Shown piece by piece: positions 11,155 to 21,099 of a stretch of DNA of 64,000 nt. Numbering within the stretch: the stretch's first letter is position 1; each line of letters opens with the position of its first letter. Source of the DNA: Azolla caroliniana (Eukaryota; Plantae; Polypodiophyta); NCBI GenBank assembly GCA_043228905.1, contig JBHGNT010000020.1:13578001-13642000 (forward strand), in the 5' to 3' direction. The notes under the pieces are model-generated. The model was not told the origin of the DNA. It saw only the letters and a list, made by a program, of their open reading frames with translations, and did no database searches. The translations under genes were made by a program, and so were the position numbers.

Positions 11155-14100
11155 CCTAAGAGTACTAATAGACCAAATCTAGCGAACAAATTTGATGTCC
11201 TTAGTCAATTAGAAGAAGAGTTAAACGACTAAGTCCAGCCAAAATAGGAGTCGTTTGGTTGGACAGCCCTAGATCTGTGCAGCCTATTAGTGGTTCCATT
11301 CCCTCTAAGCAAGTTAGCAATGTGTTCGTAGCCCAAGTAACAGTTAGTACTAAAAGTACCCCGCTAGTACATGTATTAGCACTTTTAGATTCCGGAGCTA
11401 ATTCTTGCTTCATGGATAGAAACTTTGCCCAAGCTCATCAGATATCACTCAGAAAACTCCCGTGTCCAGCCTCTGTAGTAGTCATTGATGGTTGTCCCAT
11501 TGCTTTCGGAAATATCATAGAAGAGTCAGAGCCCGTTAATATTGTCCGAGATAATCTAGCATGTGTAGTATCATTTAATATAATTAGCATCCCAGAACAC
11601 CCCATTGTTTTAGGATTACCATGGTTAGAATTACATAACCCAGACATAGATTGGAGAACAAGAGAAATCCGATATCGAAAAGCCCGAGGGTCTACTCATG
11701 AGATTGCAACCATTTCGCTACATCAGTTGCGGGAAGAAGGACACAAGGAAGAAATGTTTCTCTTCGAAATATCAATAAAGCCCTTAGACACCATTAAAGA
11801 GGAGTCCACCGTTCAACTTCCAAAGAAATATCATCATTATGCCGATGTGTTCGATAAAGTACAAGACAATACGCTTCCTCATCATCGACCGTATGATTGC
11901 CCCATCGATTTACAACCGAGGAAAGAGCCACCATGGGGACCGATCTACAATTTGTCACCAATCGAGCTAGAAGTCCTACAAGCCTATATAGAGGAGAATT
12001 TGGAAAATGGTTTCATTCGGCATTCAAAATCTCCAGCCGGCGCACCCATTTTCTTCGTTAAGAAAAGGGATGGATCACTTCGTCTCGTTGTAGATTACCG
12101 TGGCTTGAATAAGGTTACAATCAGAAATAGGTATGCACTTCCCCTTATCTCAAGTATTTTAGAATGGATCAATGGTGCCAAGTTCTTCACGAAGATCGAC
12201 TTACAGGGGCCTATAACCTCGTACGGATCCAACCAGGAGATGAATGGAAGACCGCGTTTCGCACCAGATATGGGCACTTCGAGTATATGGTCATGCCGTT
12301 CGGCCTCACTAATGCGGCAGTAGTCTTCCACCACATGGCAAATGATATATTCCGAGATCTCTTGGATGTTTGCTTGATCATCTATTTGGATGATCTACTG
12401 GTTTATTCGAAGACCCAAGAAGAGGATGATTCTCATGTACTATTAGTACTAAAACGACTTTGAGAACATGGTCTTTATGCAAAGCTGGAAAAATGTAGTT
12501 TTGGGTGCAACCATGTGGAATTTCTGGGCTATGTCATTTCCTCAGAAGGCATCTCCATGGACCCAGCTAAGGTCAAAACTGTGGTAGAGTGGCAGACTCC
12601 ACGTTCGGTGCGAGATGTGCAATGCTTTTTAGGCTTTGCCAATTTTTACCGGAAGTTCATACAGGATTACTCAAAGCTTGTTCTGCCTCTCACACAGCTT
12701 ACCAGGAAGGGACAATCGTTCGTTTGGTCTAAAGAAGCAGACATGGCTTTCGAGAGTCTTAAAAAGGCATTTACATCGGCTCCAATTCTCTAAGCTCGTG
12801 TCGATCTGGAAAAACCATTCATTATCAAAGCAGACGCATCGGATTTCACATTGGGGAGCATTCTGTCACAACGGGGTAATGATGAGAAGCTACATCCTGT
12901 GGCTTTTCACTCACGCAAGTTTGACGCCACCGAAATCAACTACAAAATTCATGATAAGGAGCTATTGGCAATAGTGGACTCTTTTACGCAATGGAGGCAT
13001 TTTCTAGAGGGATCCTCTCATCAATTCACCGTATTCAGTGACCACAAAAACCTTGCCTACTTTTAGGACACTCATGTGTTAAATCGACGTCAAGCTCGGT
13101 GGGCCCACTTCCTCACGCGTTTCGACTTCAAAATTACATATCGTCCGAGGAAGCACCAAGGGAAGGTAGATGCATTATCACGGCGTTCGTACCTACCACC
13201 ACGTCCTGGCGAGCCAGCTTTTGATAACCAAAAACAAGTAATCTTGGGACCGACACGACTGCAAGCAACACAGGTCTTTGGCATGCCCATGGATTCCCAC
13301 GTTATCGATACTACATGTGAGGACTTGAAGACCGATGCTTTCGCCCAAGCCATTCTAGCACAAATTGATCCCTCTCGAGCATCTTGTTCACAGTTGCAAC
13401 CACCAGGTACGGACTATCGGCAATTCAAATACCATGATGGATTACTATTCTTTAATGAACTCTTGTATGTTCCTAATGGTTCTTACCGCCTTCGAGTAGT
13501 CCAAAACTATCATGACACATATACAACTGAGCATTTTGGTAGTACTAAAACATTAGATTTAGTACAACAATCATTTTGGTGGCCCCGTATGCGACAATTT
13601 GTCGAAGATTTTGTTCAGACTTGTGATACATTCTCCAAAGCGAAAATGCCAAGGCATCATCCAAATGGTTTATTAGAACCATTACCAATTCCAAGCAAGC
13701 CGTGGCAATCCATTGCTCTAGACTTCATCACAGATCTTCTAGTCTCTAAGGGGTTCAATGCAATTCTAACAGTCATAGATCGATATACGAAGATGGCTCA
13801 TTCCCGGCTCATTTCTTGCCATGTACTAAGGAAATATCCAATGAAGAAACCGCTGAAATTGTCATGAATGAAGTATGTCGACATCATGGCGTTCCCGATA
13901 GTATCATCAGCGACCGTGGACCCCAGTTCGTATCAAAATTCTGGAAGCACCTTTTTAAAATGCTCAAGGTCACTTGTAACCTCTCCTCCGGCTACCACCC
14001 ACAAACCGATGGCCAAGCAGAATGAACAAATCAAATGTTGGAGCAGTATCTTCGGTGCTTTCTAAGCTATCATCAGGATGACTGGGCAGATATTCTCCAC

Positions 14101-15135
14101 TACGCCGAATTTGCCTACAATAACTTTGTCCACGCATCGACTAAAGTTACGCCATTTTATGCTTATACGGGTTCTCACCCCCGGTGGTGTGTATTTGAAA
14201 CCCCAGAGTTGTCCACAAATCCTTGCGCAGAGGATCGTTTAGAGCGGTTACGCAAGACACAAGCAATTTATCTACTCATCTCCAACAAGCTCAACAAACA
14301 CACAAGGTTTACGTGGATCGTCATCGACTTCCATCCAGTTTTAACATTGGAGATCGGGTATGGCTACTACGACGACACATCAAGACTACTCGCCCATGTG
14401 AGAAGTTGGATTATCGACGATTAGGTCCATTCCGTATTATAGGAAAGATTAATGATGTCGCTTTTCGTCTCGATCTACCTCCGCAACTTCGGATACATCC
14501 GGTGTTTCATAGTTCTCTCCTCGAACCCTATCAAGAGAGCACCATCCCAGGACGTATGACACACCCCGATCAAGCTTGAAGATGGACTTGAATACGAGGT
14601 TGTCGCCATCCTTGATTCCAAGATTGTTTGCAACAAGCTCTACTATCTAGTCGATTGGCTAGGATATAGTCCCAACGAGCGTACTTGGGAACCGATAGAG
14701 AATGTGACCAATGCCTGTGCTCTTCTTGAAGACTCCCATCGTCAATATCCAGACAAACCGGGTCCTCAATCTAAAACGACCCATGACACTCGTCGTTTCA
14801 AAAGGGGGATAGTGTCATGATATGACAAGACTCGAACCCATGACCTTATGCTACATGGGTCGAGTTCTTGACCATTAGACCATACATTGTAATACATAAA
14901 ATATTATTTTCATTTATGTTTTATTATAGAAAATTGATGTATATTCCAGATTTCTCTGGAACATTCTAGAAACTTTAGGAGTACTCCTGAGAACACTATA
15001 AAAGGAGGCACAAGGCATTATTTCGAACCAAATCAGTTCAACATCAGTCTTAAGCCTCCTAGCTACTATTGTATACTCTCTTCACATAATATATATCTTT
15101 TATCATCATTCTCTCACCCTTTCTCTCTCTCTATC

Positions 15136-15181
15136 TGTTACGGGATATTATATGGTCATGCTCGTATAATATCCCGTAACA
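15136..15181. mobile_element. 46-bp palindromic insertion (17-bp perfect TIRs, TG..CA, 5-bp TSD) in the 3' LTR of A
   Basis: ctatc|tgttacgggatattata tggtcatgctcg tataatatcccgtaaca|ctatc; absent from the 5' LTR. Confidence 0.85.
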
Positions 15182-15292
15182 CTATCTCTCTCTAGCTCAC
15201 TCTTTCCTTCTCTCGAGAGTTCTACCCTCTCTTAGTACTAATCCTCATCTTTTAGTACTAATTCCTTCTCTGTCTTAGTACTGATCCTGACA

Positions 15293-15592
15293 ATCTCTTA
15301 AAGTCATATACCTCCTTCAAGTGTAACACTTTTGGGCGTGGTGTGTATGCATCACAAATGAAATCAAATAGTTTAGGTAATGTGAAAGCATCATTCCGAG
15401 ACAACTATCTGGAGAATGTGCTAAACGTCTGATCTATATGATCATGTGTGTGGCCAACCAAAAGAAAATTAACTTTCACTTTTCTAAACAATCCTTGGTT
15501 GACCAACATACTTAGATAGCCAAACACAATTGAATTTTTGTTCTCTCTACCAGTATTGTCCAATTGAATGTAGAGAACACGGGGGAACGGCT
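15293..15592 (-). pseudogene. Sola/DUF7869-like DNA transposase, catalytic segment
   Basis: FPRVLYIQLDNTGRENKNSIVFGYLSMLV..KVNFLLVGHTHDHIDQTFSTFSR*LSRNDAFTLP: the LQLDN..ENKN and GHTHxDIDQ-type motifs. Confidence 0.8.
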
Positions 15593-17585
15593 TGTCACGG
15601 ATGAACAATTGGGGGTAAAGAGATGGGGAAGTTGATGAGATAGGGAGATCGAGAAGTTGATGACAATGAGTAAAAATATCTATTCCATGACTAGTGTTGA
15701 TCTCCTTGATGTTAACAAGGGAGATCAACCCTTTTTATACATGTAGTGATGCATGATAAGCATGCTCATGCCAAGTCTTACATACTATAATATCAAGCAT
15801 ACTAATTCTTGCATGCCAAGTCTTACATATTGAGTCTTACATACTAGGTCTTACATACCACTCTTTATACAAAGGTTTGAAGTCTAAAGTTTGTCTAGGA
15901 GAAATATATATACAAGGGCCTAAGGTTCACATTCGAGTCGATGTTCATGACATTATCCTCCCCTTAAGTGCCGACTTCAAGAAGGTGCGGGTTTGTGAGG
16001 ATATCGGAGATGAAAATCATGAACCACTTCCGGGACATTTAGTAAATTTCTAGTGGGCTCCCATGTAGCCTCAAAGATGGGATATCCTTTCCACAATACC
16101 AAATACTGGAGCTTTCGTCGGCTCTTGCGCGAGTCCAGAATGGTCTCGACTTCATACTCATCCCCGGTCGCCAAAGCCACAAGGGGGAGGTGGCTCAATG
16201 CTTCTTCCTAGAATTGAGGATGGATGATAGAGCTCAAGAAGTGATGCATGGAAGACATTGTGAATTCAGTAGTGTGATGGAAGAGCAAGACGGAAAGCCA
16301 CAGTGTTGACTTTATCAATGATGCGGAATGGCGCCAACTTTTTGTAATCAAGTTTGTTGCATGGGCGAGTTGTTGGAATATGCCGACGTAATAGCCATAC
16401 CATGTCACCGACTTTAAAATCAGGTGCAACCCAACGATGTTGATCAGCTTTCTCTTTGTGTCGTTCTTGAGCAATTGAGAGTTCTAGGGATAGGTCATGA
16501 TGCACTTCTTTCATCAGATGAGCTCGTTCTTCAGCAGATGGATTCATTGAACCAGTAGGGATAGCTATACTAAAGCATGGGTGGAATCCATAATTTGCGA
16601 AGAAGGGTGTTACACTAGTTGATGTGTGGAGAGCATTGTTGTAGGCGAACTCAGCCATTGGAAGAAATTTGATCCAATCATCTTGTTGATAACTTATCAT
16701 ACATCGGAGATATTGCTCTAGGATCTGATTTACTCGTTCCGTTTGGCCATCTATCTTAGGATGGAAGGCTGTCGAAAATTTTGTGGAAGTTCCAAGAGTC
16801 TGGAAGAGGCGCTTCTAGAAATGAGACATAAATTGGGGACCACGATCAGAGATAATGTCATCCGGTAAACCATGAAGGCGTACAATATTTGTTAACAATA
16901 GATCTGTTGTTTCCATCCCTGAAATTGCTTTAGAACATGGAATAAAATGTGCCATCTTTGTGAATCTATCCACCACCACTAATACTGAATTGAATCCCTC
17001 AATGTCGGGAAGGTCGGTGATAAAATCCGTTGACATGGAGGCCCATGGCCTACTTGGAATTGGCAAAGGTTGAAGTAGACCGTAGGGACGATGATGTATT
17101 GCTTTGGCATGGGCACATGTTTTCACAAATTGTTTAACAAGTTTCCAAGGTTGTGGCCACCAATAACTTCTAGAGATTAACTCCAAAGTTTTTGCAATGC
17201 CAAAATGTCCAGCTAGGGCATCATCATGGCATTCCTTCATGATACGGATACGACAAGGACCATCTGGGACATACATTAAGTTGTTCCGAAAAAGAAAACC
17301 ATCTCGAAACATAAATTGTTCTTGACTATTCTATACCTCCTTTATGGTTGATTTGTTGACTCGATTATCCTTAATTTCTTTTGCAAATTTGTCGGTGGTA
17401 GTATCTGTGGCTATTACATTGAGTAATGATTCATCTCCACCCATATAAGTTGCAAAGAGCTGAATCTGATGTGGTTGTAGGAGACAACGTGATTGTTGAT
17501 TGTAGGTCTCATCTCCTGGTCGAATTTTGAATTCCAAACGCCGAGATAGGGCATCAGCTTTACCATGTTGGGCACCGGGACGAAA

Positions 17586-17691
17586 CCACCTAACGTGTCC
17601 ACCCCTAGATTCTGGAATAGCTACATGGATCAAATGACATGCCCAAGCTAGAGAACTGACTCCGAAAAGTCCGGAAAGGTGGTGGTTCAGG
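17586..17691. other. 106-bp foreign insertion in element B pol with 5-bp flanking direct repeat
   Basis: Interrupts [22 protein letters not shown]; cgaaa at 17581-17585 and 17692-17696. Confidence 0.7.
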
Positions 17692-20600
17692 CGAAAACAA
17701 TTTGAAAGTCATAGTCAGCCAGGAAGGTCGACCATCGTGCTTGCCTCCGGTTCAAAATGCGAGTAGTGGTGAAGTAGACGAGGTTCTTGTGATCGGTCAC
17801 CACTTGGACACGGTGTTGTGCACCTGCTAAGTAAGGACGCCATTCTTCAAAGGCTGCAATAATGGCAGAGAATTCTTTGTCATAAACTGGGTAGTTGATC
17901 TCGGGAGGTGTGAACTTCCAAGAATAAAAGGCAACATGATGAAGAATCCCATTGTTATCTGATTGAGGGAGAATGGCACCGATGGCGAAGTCAGAGGCAT
18001 CAGTTTCAATCGTAAATGGTTTGGTCAGATCTGGGTGTAGAAGTACCGAAGCCGAGGTAAAAGCTTTTTTTAGTGTCTCGAATGCTAGTTGGGTTGTGGG
18101 AGTCTAGCAAAAAGGGGAATCCTTCCGAGTGAGTGCTATAAGTGGTTGCACCAATGTAGAGAATCCTTGAATGAATCGATGATAGAAGTTGGCAAAACCC
18201 AAAAATGATTGCACATCCTTGACCTTGGTGGGGACTTCCCACTGTTGAACTGTTTCGACTTTCTTCTCGTCCATAGTGATACCATTAGATGAAATGACAT
18301 ACCCGAGGAATTCAACTGATGTTTGATCAAACTCACACTTTTCGGGTTTCACATAAAGTCCATGTTCCCGAAGTTTGGTCAAGATAAGTTGAACGTGCTT
18401 GGTGTGCTCTATGTAGTCCTGTGAGAAGATAAGTATGTCGTCGGGATAGATGACCACAAATTGGTCTAGATATTCTTGGAAGATGTCATTCATCATATGC
18501 TAGATCCTCTGAGATCGATTTTGGAGAATATACGCCCAGCCCGAACTCGATCGAGGAGTTCGGGGATTAGAGGTAGTGGATAACGGTTTCGAACCATGAC
18601 TCGATTGAGCCCGCGATAGTCAATACATAGGTGCAACGTTCCATCTTTCTTTTTGACAAATAGAATAGGAGAGCCAGCTGGAGATTTTGAGTGGCGAATG
18701 AATTCCTTTGCGAGATTCTCTTCAATGTATATTTTGAGGGTCTTGAGTTCAGGTTCAGATAACCCATAGATAGGGCCAAATGGAGGACAAGCACCATCTT
18801 TCAAGTCAATTGGACAATCGTATGGGCGATGTTTGGGCAGGCGATCAACATTTTTCTTCTCAAATACATCAGAGAAATTATTATATTTTGATGGAAAAGA
18901 GCTAGTACGTAGGGTAGTATTTGGAGTGGACATGGCCGCCATGTCCTTAGAATTAGAAATGGATGCAATCAGCATTGTATCGCTTACCCGAGCAAGAGTT
19001 GGAATTGTTTCCGAAGCCGACACGGGACTAACTATCAATGTTGTTTCTATTGGAGCAACCACTGACATGGTTCTCGCTGAAGAGGAAATGGGAGCGACCG
19101 ATAACGTGGTCCTCATCGGAGCAGAAATGGGAGTTGCCCCTGAAACATGAGTGGGAGCAACCGTTGAGACGGTCCTCACCAGAGTAAGCGGCCAAACAAA
19201 TGGTGAAGCATTGGCTCGAAGACGGGTGGACGTAATACCTTGTGAGTGAAAATTTGAGGTGAAATTGATGGAGCGAGATCGCCAATCCACGACTGGATTG
19301 TGAGTTTCGAGCCATGATAACCCCAAGATGATAGGATGTCGAGGTGATGTGATGAGGTTAAAAGTGATTTCTTCTTGGTGGGCTCCTATGTGGAGACCCA
19401 AGGGAATTGTTGTATTTGTGATGGCACCAGATGAGAGCGTTCGGCCGTCGATCACTTCAACTGGAATCGGGACGGTTAATTTGTTGCTTGGAATGTTGTG
19501 TTTCCGTGCAAACATGATGTCAATAAAGCATGACGTAGCCCCAAAATCCAACAAAGCTTTTGTCTTCAGAGTGGTAGAGCCAAATTGAAGAGTGATCGGA
19601 ATTGTGAAACTTGTTGTCGAGGAAGTCAGCTGATTGGGCCCTTGACATAATTGTTGACTCTTGTGATCCAGATGCACAACCCCTACTGCAACTGGACATT
19701 GGAGTTTTCCTGTTGGCCGAAAATGTCAACCCCATCCGCACGATGTGGTGTTTGACGGGGTCCCTTTTTTGGGCAAGAGCGAATCAAATGGTCAGGGCCG
19801 CCACAATAGAGACATAAATTGTTGGCTCGTCGATGTTGTCGTTACACATTAGTCAATGGTCGATAGCGAATTCGATCGATCTCCATTGGCGAGCTAGAAT
19901 TTGTGGTAGGAGTTGAAGATAAAGTGGAGGATGACATGGGAGGCGGTGTCGTCAACCATGGTAGGTGACTTCGCGTAGCAGTTGGCCAAGGTGAATGGAT
20001 CCGGTGAGGACGTTCCTCTTGCCGGAACTCAAAGAGACGGTTATCGCAGCGCACAGCTTGGGAAATAGCCTCATTCAAAGATGTGGGCTCAAGAAAATTA
20101 AGTAAATGATTTTTTATCTCACCTCGTAATCCTCAGCGGAATTGATCAAGGAGGGCTTGTCCGTCCCACTCGACATCGCACGCAAGCTGACGAAATTCGG
20201 ATGCATAGATTGATGTTGCACAATCGCCTTGTTGTAACACATATAGTTTGTTGACTGCGGCTCGTCGTTTGTCGGTCTCCCCAACAGTTGCCTCAAATTC
20301 GGTAAGAAATGCTTGGAAGTCATTCAAGAGAGGTGAAGAGGTTTCCACTAGCGGGGCAAACCAAGCTTGTGCTTGTCCTGTCAGCAACGTGCCAATGAGC
20401 CCAACTTGTCGAAAGTCATCAAAATAGCATCGGGTCTGAAGACGAATAATAAGGCGGATTTGGTTGATGAAACCTCTTAGCCGTGACCTTGTTCCATCGA
20501 ATTTATCTGGCAAGCTAACATTGGGTTCTACAGCATAAGGGTCAACAATCGGGTGAGGTATAACCGGTGTGGCTGCCTAAAGTTCTTGAACAAAGTTTCG

Positions 20601-20709
20601 CAAGTTCGCATTTTCATGTTGGAGTTGTTGCACGACTGCCAAAATTTGCTCAAGATTACTAGATGATTCTGAAATGATAGTGTATTGAGAAAGAAGGAAA
20701 GAAGGAAAG

Positions 20710-20720
20710 AAGGAGATCAA
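20710..20720 (-). promoter_or_regulatory. Self-priming PBS of element B
   Basis: TTGATCTCCTT lies 2 nt after the 5' LTR and is the exact complement of AAGGAGATCAA (20837-20827), 32 nt downstream of the LTR TATA (20869). Confidence 0.8.
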
Positions 20721-21099
20721 TCTGTCACGGAGGAACAATTGGGGGTAAAGAGATGGGGAAGTTGATGAGATAGGGAGATCGAGAAGTTGATGACAATGAG
20801 TAAAAATATCTATTCCATGACTAGTGTTGATCTCCTTGATGTTAACAAGGGAGATCAACCCTTTTTATACATGTGGTGATGCATGATAAGCATGCTCATG
20901 CCAAGTCTTACATACTATAATATCAAGCATACTAATTCTTGCATGCCAAGTCTTACATACTGAGTCTTACATATTGAGTCTTACATACTAGGTCTTACAT
21001 ACCACTCTTTATACAAAGGTTTGAAGTCTAAAGTTTGTCTAGGAGAAATATATATACAAGGGCCTAAGGTTCACATTCGAGTCGATGTTCATGACACGG

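Larger units (their letters stand above)
9232..15292 (+). mobile_element. Element A: full-length Ty3/Gypsy chromovirus (Tcn1-like), decayed
   Basis: LTRs 9232-~9623 and 14813-15292 (TG..CA). 5-bp TSD ATCTC at 9227-9231 and 15293-15297. PPT aaaagggggatag 14800-14812. Gag (PMKFDGTRSQFRGFLNQV, CLYCGGQGHIAVNC), PR (LLDSGA), RT (YLDD), RNase H, integrase (GPF..IHPVFH) and chromodomain (EYEVVAILDSK..YYLVDWLGY). Stops and frameshifts present. Confidence 0.95.
15593..21096 (-). mobile_element. Element B: full-length Ty3/Gypsy chromovirus (Tcn1-like), decayed
   Basis: LTRs 20723-21096 (5') and 15593-15952 (3') differ by 2 substitutions plus one 14-bp repeat unit. PPT aaggggaggataa at 15965-15953. TSD CGGCT at 15588-15592; the right copy is split by element C. 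Gag (PDKFDGTRSRLRGFINQI), PR, RT (internal deletion after DLRG), RNase H, integrase and chromodomain (ORF 15977-16198). Confidence 0.95.

Noticed and set aside
15405-15728. ORF fusing LTR sequence to transposase motifs
   Set aside because: Chance in-frame junction. It starts at a TTG upstream of the predicted LTR TSS and stops at 15405.
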